Of a stretch of 64,000 nt of DNA, positions 37,183 to 51,372 are shown in pieces; the first letter of the stretch is position 1, and each line of letters opens with the position of its first letter. The DNA comes from Octopus vulgaris. Lineage: Eukaryota. The position numbers and the translations under genes were made by a program. The notes under the pieces are model-generated. The model saw nothing but the letters and a program-made list of their open reading frames with translations, was not told where the DNA came from and made no database searches. Location: positions 34,968,001 through 35,032,000 of the forward strand of contig OX597833.1 in the NCBI GenBank assembly GCA_951406725.2. The letters are read 5' to 3'.

Positions 37183-38971
37183 CGTCACCACAACGTCAGC
37201 AGTTATCAAAAATCCACTACCGTATGTCACGTATACAACCAGCTATGGCTACCGTGCTACATTAAGGTTTAGCAAGCTTAAGTCTCAACAGCCGCACATT
37301 CCTGTGCAATGTCTCCATTACCAACCTTAAACCCTTCTCCGCTGCATCTGAATTATAAATCGACCGTTGTCACAATCTGCAGTGAGTTGCAGCAAATGCA
37401 CTGACAGACAGCAGCAACAGCATGCAACAGTAACATTCCGTCAATACTAAACTGCACATAAGCTGAATGTATATAAAAGATACAGGCATGTATAATTCGA
37501 ACACAGACATAAAGCCGGGTTTTATGGCTGGCTCGAAGAAGAGAATGGCTAAGCTTATTTTATGAATGTGTGTGTTTGTATTACGTAATATAAAGATTGA
37601 TATGTATGTGTGTATGTATGCACGTCTGTGCATACGTATGTGTATATGTATGCATGTATGTAATTATGTATGTATGTACGTATGTAGGCAGGTAGGTATT
37701 TAGGTAGTTAGGCAGTTAGGTAGGTGGATAGATAGGTGTGTAGGTACTTATCTACTTATGAATAGCAATTACAATTTGGAAAAACCAATTTTGTCATTAA
37801 AGAAAAATGAAAATTTACATTTACTTTTTGTTCATTTCTTATAGTGGAACAGTAACAGTGATAAGGTTATTGCTGTGCAGCAGAAATTTTGATACTACAA
37901 GGAATAAATGAAAGTTAATTTAACAGATTTAAAAAAAAAATGGTGTCTCTAACATAGCTCTTTACGCTTTAATTGTTTCGGTTTCAACGTATTGTTTCAG
38001 ATTAAATCACTTGCTATCCAAGCACAGTTTCAAAATTATGCTGCTATTACAAAGAGGTAGAATGACAACAAAGAAGTTCGTTCGTTAACTCTAAACATCG
38101 ACGGATCTTTGTTTGAATGCATACATACACACACATATATATATTTGCACCAAAAAAAAATAATAATAAACGCCAATAAGAGAGTTTTCTTCATGGTAAC
38201 TACCGCAGTAGAGTTTGCTCTGATGGAACATCCATGTTTAAGTGGAGATAAATATTACCTCAGTATCAATACTGCCTCTGTGTTTGTGTACACACACGCA
38301 CTCACGCACGCACACACACACATACACACACACGAGTGGGTACACAAATTAAAGAAACACGTTTATTCACACACACAAAAATGCATACATGCACTCATGT
38401 ATGTATAAATATTGGTGTGTGTATATGTCTGTGTGCATATATCTATATGTGTTTGTGTGCATTTATCGCACTGTTTATAAATAAATTTCTAGAAAAAGTC
38501 AAAATACGAAACATTATCGGTGATTCCAGAAACTAAGTGGAGGAGAGGGTAAGGAACATAAGTTGGAATTTTCCATAGTTTGCTTTACCGATAGAAAACC
38601 TCTGCCGCTTAGATCATAGAAAAACAGAGAAATTTCCGAAAACTATTACAATTCAAAAATGTCTCGGTAATAAGAGCTCATTCTATACTTCCGCACAATC
38701 TATTTGTAAACGGAAGGCAGCACAATGCACTGTCCATCAAGCTTCTAAATATTTTCCACCTACACAATTACACGCATGCACAAAGCTTGCGTTGACTAAA
38801 GTCTACGGTAAAGTTATTTGCCGAATGTATTATATCCATCCATCCATCCATCCATCCATCCATCCATCCATCCATCCATCCACCCATCCATCCATCCATC
38901 CATCCATCCATCCATCCACCCATCCTTCCATCCATCCATCCATCCATCCATCCATCCATCCATCCATCCAT

Positions 38972-39019
<48 letters not shown>

Positions 39020-39659
39020 ACACACAGGTATATGTAAATATGTAAAAAAAACTCCTTTTCTTCAGGTGAATTAAAATTATAATGAAATTTAAGATTCAGG
39101 ATATTTACACACTAAGAGTATAGAAGGCATATTGACTCTCAACTCGGTGTCAGTTGTTCATTAATTATTTAGTTACGTCATCTTACATGTATTTCATTAA
39201 GAACAAAAAATATCTATTATACAAGGAAAACCTAATAAGCAAATTACAGTATCAAATCTTCAGATATTGCGTAACTTTCATTTGTGACCTTGAAGATATA
39301 TACTAAAATGCAAACTGTATTACGGTATCAATGACCATATTTATTTTGCAAATTAGGTTAAAGGATTTGCTTATACAAGTAGTAGTAGTAATAGTAGTAG
39401 TAGTGGTAGTAGTAGTAGTAGTAAGAGGAGGAGAAGGAGGAGGAGGAGCAAAAGAGAGTAATAATTTAAAGAAAAAATATGCAACCCTATCACTCAATCA
39501 AAATTTGAGATTTATAAGAAATTACGATTTATAAGGTAGCAAATGTTTATGGAATGGATGGTATTATAAAGCAATGTTATAAATTCTCCTTAGGCTAAGG
39601 ATAAGCTTATGGTATTCTTTCGTAATGTAATGTTGATAAACATTCCAAATCATCATCTG

Positions 39660-40560
39660 TTGATACAAGACAGGATGTGAGAGCTGCAAAAGATAACAAC
39701 GAGGAGAATGTCATGAAGTGGTGAATACGTCAATGATCCTGTAGTAACAACATCAGTGCTATAGAAATGCAATGTGCTACTACCAGACAAGGCAACCATA
39801 GGGAAACCAAGAACATTGATACTACTTACAGATGGCTGATGCGATTTAGATATCGTCGTGGGATGAATATCAAAATTAGTGATGGTGAAGCAGGGAGTAG
39901 AATGAAATCGAACCATCCACGAAGAGGTTACATGATTTAGTTATATACGAAGATCTCCAAATTCCCCAGGTGTACAACGGAGATGAAGCAGGGTTGAACT
40001 GTCGACCACGACGCCGGAATGCTCAAGGTTTTATAAATTAAGCCTCCACATTTGACTGTAAATTAGTTATGGGACGGTTGTCTATGATTGTGTTGCATGA
40101 ATGCAGGCATTAAGCACCTTTTAAAATTTGTAATGTTGGTGGGGCCAGTCTTCTAAGAGTTTTAAAAGACATAGTCCACCCACTAGCCACCAGTGCATTA
40201 TATTTCAAGAAATTGTGGTTCAACATGTATATTTGCAATGGCTGATTTTCCTGAAGTTCGTAAATACCAGGAAGATTCCCTCAAACCTTCTACTGATGAG
40301 ATGAAGGCTGTACTAAATTTAGGTAACACACTTGCTTAGCAAGATGGTCATCAGCTTGTAACACGTGCCAGCAAAATAAGGCGCATATCCTTTCTACCCA
40401 GTACTACCTCTACGATTCATCCAATAGATCAAAAAATAACTGTTGCCAGCAAAATAAAATTTTCGGGATGATAGAAGACAAGATACACCAGCGAAAACAA
40501 AGAACGCTCAGTAACATCAAGAACTACGACCTCAAGTTTGTTATATTTAATTCCTTGGGA
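39660..40560 (+). pseudogene. Tigger/pogo-like transposase relic
   Basis: RWLMRFRYRRGMNIKISDGEAGS (CENP-B HTH end), QVYNGDEAGLN, KAVLNLGN and FLPSTTSTIHPIDQ (cf. FLPPNTTSLIQPMDQ). Confidence 0.8.
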
Positions 40561-40989
40561 ATGACATTTCGAGTATTGCCTTGTCAGCAGAAACTGATAT
40601 TCTGCAATATCATCAGTATATTATAGCTTCAAAAGGACTCAGTATCCGGAAGTAACTTCAGCAGGGTAAATAATTGAAACTCGACTCGTGCCAATTCGTC
40701 CTGAGCCTGCAACATTTATGTAACTAGGTGGAGGTATTGTTTAATACCTTCAGCAGACGCAGTCCCTGTTCAGTCTCTGAAACATTTAAGAGTGGGAAGC
40801 GAGGATGAGCGGAGTATAATATGCCTTACTGACTCATAAACCTTTACCTTTGCTCCACTTCTACCGCATTCATCTTAGTTACCAGAGTTTGTATTTTTAA
40901 TTTATGGCGTTAATTTTGTAATTTCTGCATACTATAATTTTAAATAAATTTATAGACTATATTTATGTTTCATATTATTATTATTATTA

Positions 40990-41230
40990 CTGAGTGAGAG
41001 GGCAGTACATGCCATCAAAGTGACACTGGGGTAAAATATTCGAAGCTCAGTATACCCATCTTGACTACCGTCTGATAAGGGTACACTAGGCACATGCATC
41101 ACAACCATATGTGCGCGACATGGTGATCTCATATGAAGATAAACAGCACATGACCTTGCAGGTGGGGCTCAGTTAGAATTTTCTTCTGGTCGAGTAACCC
41201 ATCCCGCTCAAAAGGTCCCTGAATAAGGTT
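40990..41230 (-). mobile_element. Second copy of the (AAT)n-associated repeat
   Basis: Reverse complement of about 31550-31792. Confidence 0.8.
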
Positions 41231-41243
41231 TGTTTATATATAT

Positions 41244-41303
<60 letters not shown>

Positions 41304-41459
41304 TATTTGCCCACAGTTAATAACATGCATAAATATACATACACGTACAGGAACGTATGTATACTCCCACTATATATATACACATGCATACATACGCTCA
41401 AGTGTATATCGACTCAACAACGCATATATATATTTCGTATGTAGTGGTTATGTTAATCA

Positions 41460-42200
41460 CTAAAAAAGCATATAAATGTGTGTTTTCTAGCGTGGGGTTC
41501 TCGTTGCATTCTAGTTATGGCTGTGAGGGTGGTGGTCTTTTTTATACTGGAGAGGGTGAAGGTGGATTTCTTAGCCTGTATGCAGCGTGCAATTCGTTCA
41601 GCTAGTTTGTTAACTTTTTCTAGTTAGTAAAATGGACAGAGATTCTTCCGAGCCCAACCCACACCTCCTAGAAAGGGTGTTGTATGGTTGTGCGTGTTCA
41701 TAATTGATGTTATCTGATTTTTGTTTCCACAAAAAACCCGCGAGTGATGTTGTATGCCTCTTAATTATTTTTTTAAAGCTTGGGATGTGGTTGCGGTATC
41801 GATTCTTGAATGAATCGGCCGTGACACCTATGTACATATACTTATTCCTCGTGTTTGCACTGCATTTATATACGAGGCTGCGAGTCGTGCTGAGGTAACC
41901 GAGTGGACATCTTGATTTGTCCCCACACGAGCTTCTGATGCTAGCTGTTGTTACTCAGTTGGTCTTGTAATTCTCGTTACATGTCGGTTCGTGTTCACTA
42001 TGTTGTTATGCGAGCTCTCGAGGCCATTTAAGAATTGGTTGTTATTATTTCCGGATTGGTCCGTGCTATGGGTTCCTATGCTTGTCACTTCTTTGGGGTC
42101 GGTCGACTGAGCATTGTATACAGGTTCATTAGTTGAGAGTTTTTTGGTGGGGGGTGTAGTTCGAGCCCTTGTTTAGTTTTCTGTTGTTGACTATACTACA
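41460..42200 (-). mobile_element. Penelope-like relic (GIY-YIG endonuclease region)
   Basis: SCGDKSRCPL...LVYKC...MYIGVTADSFKNRYRNH..SF...TSLAGFLWKQK...PYN...RC. Confidence 0.85.
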
Positions 42201-42649
42201 TTCTGGTGAATAGGTAAATTCAAATTTACCTATGTGAGTGCATATAAATGTTTCATCGGACGTTGGAATGCAGGAGTGGATTGAGTGATCACTTCACAAT
42301 CATGAGGACAAGGACAAGCCCTTCAACCCCATTTCATAATATGTTGGATAAATGTGTTTTACAATAGCCTCGGACATCCTAAGCCATGCGAATGAAACTG
42401 AGTGGAAGGAAACAATGCAAACTCGTCGAATGGACGCTCAGTTGAAAATGCCCATCTATTCAGACATTGTGTTACGCTAATTCTGTCTGAGCAATACGTT
42501 ATAAGTACAATTACTTCATTAGTACACTAAGGCAAAAAAAAAAATGACTAATATCTCAGTTTACATATTGGATACTCTGAAGTATTTATGATTTCTAACA
42601 TCAAGTAGCTTTTAGCAAGCTTCGGGCTGGGCGTCTGTTTTAAAGCTAA

Positions 42650-43000
42650 TGAGAAAGTTGAAATATGTCCAGTTCTATATAAAATTGGAGTCGATGGCGA
42701 ATGATATGGGGCTTCTACGACAGATATTGCAAGATGTTTTTGTTTCTATTACTAGTACTTTTTCTATGATTATCCATGCAATACTAAAGGTCATATTCTT
42801 TTTATTATTCGGTCTCCACATATATTTGGAAAATTATGTAATATTCTCCGTAATTAGTGACATAATTAAATGTTGTATTAGTACAGGCGACATTTTAAAT
42901 AAGCGATCGGTAATCCTATACAGCTTGTTCATATGTTCTTTAGGGAGGTGTATTCTATGGATAATAATGCATAGAATATAATTCGCTGATTACTACCTCA
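42650..43000 (-). mobile_element. Very old Penelope-like GIY-YIG relic
   Basis: Fragments CIG...LKCRLY, FSKYMW and FSIAWIIIEK...CNIC on the minus strand. Confidence 0.5.
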
Positions 43001-43108
43001 ACATATACAACGTTTAGGCATTTTTTTTAGAAAGCAGAACTCCATATAATCTCCAATTATATGCCAGATATTTTATTTCTGATTTAATTTCAATAATGTA
43101 ATCTTGTT

Positions 43109-43508
43109 AAGGCGGCGAGCTGGCAGAAGCGTAAGCACGCCGGGCGAAATGCTTAGCGGTATTTCGTCTGCCGCTACGTTCTGAGTTCAAATTCCGCCGA
43201 GGTCGACTTTGCCGTTCATCCTTTCGGGGTCGATTAAATAAATATCAGTTACGCACTGGGGTCGATATAATCGACTTAATCCATTTGTGTCCTTGTTTGT
43301 CCTCTCTGTGTTTAGCACCTTGTGGATATTAAAGCAATAGGTATTTCGGCTGCCGCTACGCTCTGAGTTCAAATTCCGCCGTGGTCGACTTTACTTTTCA
43401 TCTTTTCGGGGTCGACAAAATAAGTACTAGTTGAATACTGGGGTCGATATAATCGACTTATTCCATCTCCGAAATTGCTGATCTTGTGTCAAAATTTGAA
43501 ACCAATAT
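43109..43508 (+). mobile_element. SINE family B dimer
   Basis: One head and two body units joined at AAAGCAATAGGTATTTCG. Confidence 0.93.
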
Positions 43509-43704
43509 TTTGATCTTGTGACACTTGGTGACATTGAATATATTCTGTATGTAGACGAAGCCCACTTTTCTGTTCTTGTTTAGGAGCTGATGCAATTTGT
43601 AGTCTTTGAGGAATGTCTGATAATCAAGAAGAAATTTTTTGCAATACTAGTTTCTAAATGGAGGATTGTGCCACATAAAACCATAAATGTCATTGCCTAA
43701 TAGC

Positions 43705-43771
<67 letters not shown>

Positions 43772-44237
43772 CTTCTTCTTCTTCTTCTTCTTCTTCTTCT
43801 TCTTCTTCTTCTTCTTCTTCTTCTTCTTCTTCTTTCTCAACTACAACTACTACTATTACTATTACGACTACCCCATCGGTATCTCCTCTTCTAACCGATA
43901 ATATTCAAACTAACGTTCTTCTTTTAGCCATAGGCTATCGAGAGAAGCCTCCACCTAAAACATTAACAATCAAAGCTTCCTTGGCTTACACGTTCTCTTT
44001 CTGCTCATCCTCCCGCCATCACCAACTTTATGTCTGTGCTCGGATTAACACATCAAACTAGTTTCCTGCTCGGTAATTATAACATTCGAATATTTAATCT
44101 TCTAAGTGAATACATCCCCCCTAACCGACTATAGCTATGTATAGAACATATATTTCCCCCTCCTCCTCCTCTTCCTCCTCCTCCTGGTTGAGTATGTCGT
44201 GTGAATGTTGTGTGAATGTTTGTATGTATATATGTAC

Positions 44238-44284
<47 letters not shown>

Positions 44285-44572
44285 GGTTTGGAGGTAATGT
44301 ACATATATTTATTAGAAAAAATAGGGTATTCAGAGATCTGGATGGTTGTAAATATACAAATATTTATAAACATGTTAATAAATATTTGTATATGTATATA
44401 TATATATGTATATACATATTATATGTATATATGTGTACATAGACACACACAAACATATACGTTTTTTTTCTGTCGTATTCTCAGTGTTTTTCGGTGGTTT
44501 AGTTGAGATTTTAACTCCTATTACCAATGGGTATGGCGTATGAACGATATTATGTTTAACGCTAATTTTGTG

Positions 44573-44648
<76 letters not shown>

Positions 44649-44670
44649 TTATTTATATTATATCTGTTTG

Positions 44671-44719
<49 letters not shown>

Positions 44720-45312
44720 ATATCTATCTATCTATCTATATGTATTGTTTTCTCTGAGGAAGGGTACTCTAAGAGATGTTTGATGTCTTTTCTTTCTCAA
44801 AGAAAAATAATTTATTCCATTGTTAACTTTTTTGTACTTACCATTTGCCAACACAGACTATAGTTAGTCATCACCGAAGCTAATTTGTCTTCTCTCCTCT
44901 CGTCACTCATACTGTGTCCCCTGCAGCAGTTCCGCATAATCACTCTGCCAGTCCTTCGTTCTCAAGCAGTCTCTGAAATTATATTCTTATCCAAGCTTTT
45001 TCCTACAGCTTTCAAGCTACAGTTTACAAGAAAATCAATCGATCTCACTGGTATCTAAGATCCAGGGAATGTCAGGAAAACAGTTTAAACCATTATAAGC
45101 AAGGAAAATATTTTGCTGAAAATAACAATCAAATATCAAACAAATTTTAGCTTGTAACTTATGATTCGTACATTGCAACGATTCAACTAAACTGCGTTAC
45201 ATAACCCATGAATTTGCCATCTGACTTTACTCAAAATCTACCGACATGAAGTATAAGTACTATAACAGAAACTAATTATAGAACTTGCCTTTTTTATATA
45301 ATACTAAATAGT

Positions 45313-45535
45313 AGGGTGGCGAGCTGAAGGAATCGTTACCATGCAGAAAAGAAAAAATGTTTAGCTGCATTTCTTCCAGCTTTACGTTCTGAGTTCAAAT
45401 GCTGCCCGCGTCGACTTTGCCCTTCATTCTTATGGGGTCGACAAAATAAGTACCAGTTAAGCACTGTGGCTGTTGTAATCGACTCACCTCCTCTCACGAC
45501 GTTGCTGGCCTTGGTCCAACATTTGAAACCAATAT
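45313..45535 (+). mobile_element. SINE family B, diverged
   Basis: GGTGGCGAGCTG...GTTCTGAGTTCAAAT...GGGGTCGACAAAATAAGTACCAG. Confidence 0.85.
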
Positions 45536-45630
45536 AATACTAAATGCCCTTCTTTTGTGAAGCCTGTTAAATCATTCCTTTTTCCACGTTCACAATTCAC
45601 CAGTGTTTAATGTTATATACGTTGAGAGTG

Positions 45631-46019
45631 GAGGCGCAATGGCCCAGTGGTTAGGGCAGCGGACTCGCGGTCATAGGATCGCGGTTTCGATTCCCAGACC
45701 GGGCGTTGTGAGTGTTTATTGAGCGAAAACACCTAAAGCTCCACGAGGCTCCGGCAGGGGATGGTGGTGATCCCTGCTGTACTCTTTCACCACAACTTTC
45801 TCTCACTCTTACTTCCTGTTTCTGTTGTATCTGTATTTCAAAGGGCCGGCCTTGTCACTCTCTGTGTCACGCTGAACATCCCCGAGAACTACGTTAAGGG
45901 TACACGTGTCTGTGGAGTGCTCAGCCACTTACACGTTAATTTCACGAGCGGGCTGTTCCGTTGATTCGGATCAACCGGAACCCTCGTCGTCGTAACCGAC
46001 GGAGTGCTTCCATCCATCC
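45631..46019 (+). mobile_element. SINE family D, full length and young
   Basis: tRNA-like head TGGCCCAGTGG / GTTTCGATTCC, (CCAT)n tail, perfect 14-bp TSD ATACGTTGAGAGTG (45617-45630, 46020-46033). Confidence 0.95.
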
Positions 46020-46199
46020 ATACGTTGAGAGTGTGTGATGTTTTTACATACCTCTACAATGTCTATATAGACCGACAGTATGTAATACAGTCAATAATGT
46101 ATTGTGTTGACAAATTATTATATATTTACACACCTCTTCCATATCTAAATACATTGACAGCACGTAATACATTAACATACACAATATTTATCATTATAT

Positions 46200-46377
46200 A
46201 AGCGCAGGTTTGGCAACAAGTTAGCATCTCAACCGTGTTTCTGGCTTCAGTCCTACTGCATGGAACCTTGGGCAAGTGTCTTCCACTATAGCCCCAAGCG
46301 AACCTAAGCCTTATGTCTGGATTTGGTAGACAGAGACTGAAGGAATCCTGTCCCGTTGAATATATGTATGCATAAAT

Positions 46378-46418
<41 letters not shown>

Positions 46419-47570
46419 CTGTGTATGCATATATATATACGTGGTGTAATCAATAAATATCCGGACTGTTGACATAGTAACGAAGCTAAAACACGCATAG
46501 TAAAGCCGCTCGGTACAGATTAACCTTGAACTCTGTTGTGCATGCGCACGAAGTTTTAGCTTACTAGCTCACTTCCGCTGTTTACAGCAGTGCTTGGAAG
46601 GAAGGTGTGTAGCGTGTGATCGTCGCAATGATCATGACAGAAAGTTGAACAGAGAATCTGCATCAAATTTTGCCAAAAGCTTGACAATACCTGATCAGAG
46701 GCCAACGCAAAGTTTTCAAAAAGTTTTCATTGTTCTCGATACAATCAAGGAGATCTTGTGCAACTGAAACCTGAGTGTCCTTTTGGTCAGCTGAAAGCAT
46801 TTTTGGCACAAACTTGGCAGACACGCGTCTCATACACAGATTTTCAGTGATAATGGACTGAACTGAACCGTAACTAATCTGAACATCCTCTGATAACTCA
46901 CATATGGTGATTTCCCCTCACAGCCACATGCACATCTGCTAAGTTTTTCTCAGTTCTGCTGGTTGCAGGTCTCCCAGAACGTTCGTTAATATCGACATTT
47001 TTCGGCCATTTTGGAAATGTCTGAACCACTCATACACTCCTCTCCATACACTTTCTGCAACTTTGAGTAGACCTCTGAGCAAGTATCGCTACGACAGCTT
47101 TCTCTGTCACGGTCAGTGCAATGATCACGCGCCACATGTCTTCCTTCCAAGCACTGCCGTAAACAGCGGATGTGAGCTAGAACGTTAAAACGTTGTGCGC
47201 ATACACAGCAGAATTCAAGGTCAATCTGTGCCAAGCGTCTTTACTCTGCTTGCTTTAGCTTCGTTACTATGGCAACAGTCCGAATACTTATTGATCAGAC
47301 CACCTATACGTCTCTGTGTGTGTGTATAAATCTATGTGTGTCTCTATGTGTCTTTGTGTTTGTGTTTGTCCCCCACCACTGCCTTACAACCAGTATTTGT
47401 TTGCTTATGTCCCAGTAACTTAGCGGTTCGGCAAAAGATTCCTAAACGGTATGTACCAACCTTTTAAAAAAGCACTGATTTGTTTTTAAAGGTTGGTATT
47501 TGTCCTATGGGGTCGTTTCGTCCGACTAAAGCACTTCATGACGCAAAAGACAAAACAAAATAAATAAAAG
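46200..47570 (+). mobile_element. Old SINE family A split by a mariner insertion in its internal microsatellite
   Basis: Head 46200-46360 (CCTTGGGCAAGTGTCTT) and tail 47350-47570 (GTAACTTAGCGGTTCGGCAAAAG). Confidence 0.85.
46440..47306 (-). mobile_element. Mariner-derived foldback element built from two inverted 5' ends
   Basis: Arms of about 250-275 bp (46440-46715 vs 47058-47306); minus strand carries the transposase N-terminus (LQKVYGEECMS, ERSGRP, MRRVSAKFVPKML). Confidence 0.9.
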
Positions 47571-47814
47571 GAATTGTTGTGATGTGTAAATGTATTACAC
47601 ACTGTAAATGCAGATGGTAACAAAAAGTGCAGAGGAGTGTACGTGTATTATCTACTGTCAATGTATATAAAGATAAATATTATAGAGGCGGTTACTAGGC
47701 GTGTACAATAAGCAGTTAGTGTATATAAATATTGTAGGAGACGATGATTGTAATACACAATGTGGATACCTAAACTGGCAAACATTGCGTAGGTGTGTAA
47801 GCATACTGCCAATA

Positions 47815-48382
47815 TATATATTCAAGAGTCATTGCTCTGTTGCCATATTGGGGCATCACTTTAAAAGGTGGGATTTAACAGATCAAATCAACTCCAGTAC
47901 TTATTATAAGTCTTGTACTTATTCTATCGCGTTCTTTTGCCGAACCGCTAAGTTGTGAGGACGTAAAGAAACTTTCACCGACTGTCAAGTGATGAGACAT
48001 ACAAAAAATACAGACACAAACGTATACGACGGGCTTCTGCAGAGTTACTGTCTATCAGGTTCATTCACAATGCATCGTTCATCACGGATCGGAAGATATT
48101 TGTCAAGCTACGGTACAGAGGATATAAACAGAAAGCATGTGGTTGCGAAGCGAATTTCACCATCGTGCCTGCGTTTACATACTCTTTTACTCTTTTACTT
48201 GTTTCAGTCATTTGACTGTGACCATGCTGAAGCACCGCCTTTAGTCGAGCAAATCGACCCCAGGATTTATTCTCTGTAAGCCTAGTACTTATTCTATCGG
48301 TCTTCTTTTGCCCAACCGCTAAGTTACGGGGACGTAAATACATCAGCATCGGTTGTCAAGCGATGTTGAGGGACAAACACAG

Positions 48383-48429
<47 letters not shown>

Positions 48430-48897
48430 CACACATATATACGACGGGCTTCTTTCAGTTTCCTTCTACCAAATCCACTCACAAGGCTTTGGTCGGCCCG
48501 AGGTTATAGTAGAAGACATTTGCCCAAGGTGGCACGTAGTGGAACTGAACCTAGAACCATGTGGTTGGTAAGTAAGCTAGAGCACTGCCTTTTGACAAAG
48601 AAATCGACCCAAGGACTTTTCTTTGTAAACCAGTACTTATTCTATCACTCACTTTTGCCGAACCGCTAAGTTTCAGGGACATAAACACACCAACATAAAT
48701 ATATATACATATATATACATATATATAAACACGACACGTTTCTTTCAGTTTCCGTCTACCAAATCCACTCACAAGACTTTGGTCGGCCCGAGGCTATAGT
48801 AGAAAACACTTGCCCAAGATACCACGCAGTGGAACTGAACCCGAAACCATGTGGCTGGTAAGCAAGCTACTTACCACACAGCCACTCCTGCGCCTAT
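47815..48897 (-). mobile_element. Three head-to-tail SINE family A copies
   Basis: TTTTGCCGAACCGCTAAG-type motif at about 47935, 48306 and 48653. Confidence 0.9.
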
Positions 48898-48984
48898 GTT
48901 TATCTTTATATACATTGACAGTGTGCAATACATTCATATACCTCTACAAGGATCTCTTCTATAGTTATTAAAAAAAGAAAATGA

Positions 48985-49130
48985 CTGGCACTCCACCGGT
49001 TACGACGACGAATGTTTCTGATGATCTGATTCACGGAACAGACTGCTCGTGGAATTAACGCGCCGGTGGTAACTGAGAACTTCACAGACACGCGTACCCT
49101 TAACGTAGTTCACAGGGAATTTCAGCGTGC
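48985..49130 (-). mobile_element. SINE family D 3' fragment
   Basis: GCACTCCACCGGTTACGACGACGA...TACCCTTAACGTAGTTC. Confidence 0.85.
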
Positions 49131-51155
49131 AGGTGGTTTGTAAGAGGGGTCTTTACATCCTATGATTATAGGAAGATCGCTACTTTCTTACATTCTCTGT
49201 AGTTTTTTGGGTGGAATTTGTTATGAAACGGCTAAGGATTTAGTGGCACAGATAGGTTTGACACAACCCATGATTGATATATTGTTTCTATACTGGTACA
49301 GTTATTATTTTTGTGTGTGTTGACCAGATGTGGTGTAGAATGTTTGTTCATCAATTGCTGTTTTTGCATGTACTAAGAACATTGTAGGCAATTCTTAATA
49401 TTTTTTTTTAACACTTATGTGTGTGGTATGCTTATATAGCAGATTGTGATGACCTGTTGAAATATAATATCGGGTGGTGTTGCTTATAATAAGATTTAGA
49501 AGAGACTTGCTTTATGTGAAGGCGGTTTCTTAAATGTTTAATGCAGAGTTGTTGTTATTGTTTTGTAACTCTAACTGAGGAGTGATGGGAGGATCCAGCG
49601 AGGCACCCTTTACCGTCAAAGAATGAGAAACATTTAGTACCTAATATCAAAATGTGTAGAAGTAATGAATGTTTATAATGTCTGCAGTTATTGAGGAACA
49701 AATCACCGTTTTTGTTTTTGTGTTTTTAGTTATATTGAGTCGAATTTTTTATGTCATTAACACAGCTGTATGTAATTAGTAAGGAGCAGAGAAACTGGTT
49801 TAAAACATCCAAGTAAATTATTTATAAAAAGGAAGTAGATTCATTCCCCGTTTATCTTGATGTTTATATATAGAAGTCATGAAATGTATGTAGTTTCAAA
49901 CTCAGAAGAGATTTCACCTTAAACCACTTCCGTTCTGATGTTCAGTTTGTTTGAAACTACTGACCCCTCTCACATGCAGTGTATTCTTTGAAATCTGGTG
50001 CTACCAGATCCAGATTAAAAGCAATTACATGGGACCTATGAGGAAATACCATTAATTTACCAGGAATAAGCATATGTGAACCCATACATTCAGCATTAGG
50101 TAACACATGGTAATATATTTCGGACTCGTTGCCGTTTTCGATCTTAATAGCTGATATTGTGATCTCTTTTGAGTCGGTTCCATAGTTGTCAGCAAAAAAT
50201 TAGTTCATAAACCATTCACGGTGATTATAGATTGAAAATCAAATGTTTATAGGACGCGAAAATATCGTAGGTTACACCACAAAAAGATCTTGGAAATATA
50301 TCTTGTAGAGTGATACAACTAACAGCTTGTAGTTGATTAGATACCACAATCCATTCGATGAATTTGATATCTTACCTATCAAGCCATTTTTGTTTAGAAG
50401 GCGAAAGTGAAATATTTTAAGATACATCAAACAGCCGAAATATCACACTGGTTCCCATATCTGTTGTTTGATAATTATGTGCAGCTGAAAGGTAAACCTG
50501 TCATTTGTTGCTGCTGTGTGGCTTGGAATTATACTGAACAATTATAATGAACTAATTAAAAGAATTAGTACCAGTTGAAAATTGAACACCAGCGTCGATG
50601 TAATCGAATTATCGCCCCCCCCCCCCACTCGAACTTTCTGGTCTTGTGCCAAAATCTGAAATCAATATAATGAATTTCCAGAAATATTTCTGTTCATCCT
50701 ATGAGAGAGATCAATATGCTCAGGTTATTGCAATTAAACTTCCAACAAACATTTCATTAGGGGAGAAACAGACTAAAGAAAAACTGATCTTCAGCTCCCT
50801 TAACTGAATTATGGTAAAATGCATTTTAATAGGAAAAGAGTCACACAGACATTAGCAAGATGCTGCTGGCTTAACCTTTCATACTATCCTTCTTTCATAC
50901 TCTGGTGTAGACTGCTATACTCATACAATTTTTAATTTGGCAGGTAGTTAATATACTGTTTGTATTTTGATACTTTTCAATGGACATCTGTTCTACAATT
51001 CTACATCTTACATCTGTCCTCTGGTTTTAAGGGAACTGTCTTCTAAAATAAATTAACATTCTTTGGTGTTGTCACTATATGTATGAATTAAAACGTGATA
51101 AAGAAAATGTTGGTGGGACGCTACTTACAAAGAAGGTAATATATAATAAACTAGT

Positions 51156-51199
<44 letters not shown>

Positions 51200-51372
51200 A
51201 TATATATATATGCATGTGTATATATTTGTATATATATTAGTGCATATGTATAAATGTATATATAAATATGCATGTGTGTATGTATATATAACAATATACC
51301 TCAAATTATGGGTATATGTATATTTTTATTAGTATCTCTATCGCTTCTGTTAAATATTAATAAAAAAGTATA

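Noticed and set aside
44753-44790. CTGAGGAAGGG hammerhead-like start
   Set aside because: No GAAA or stem III downstream
45631-45705. tRNA gene candidates at SINE heads (also 24437 and 17580-17652)
   Set aside because: No complete acceptor stem; they continue into SINE bodies with a tail and TSD
49570-49640. Hammerhead-like CTGAGGA...GAAAC
   Set aside because: Stem II does not close next to GAAA and the cleavage triplet/stem I register is incomplete; at best a heavily decayed relic
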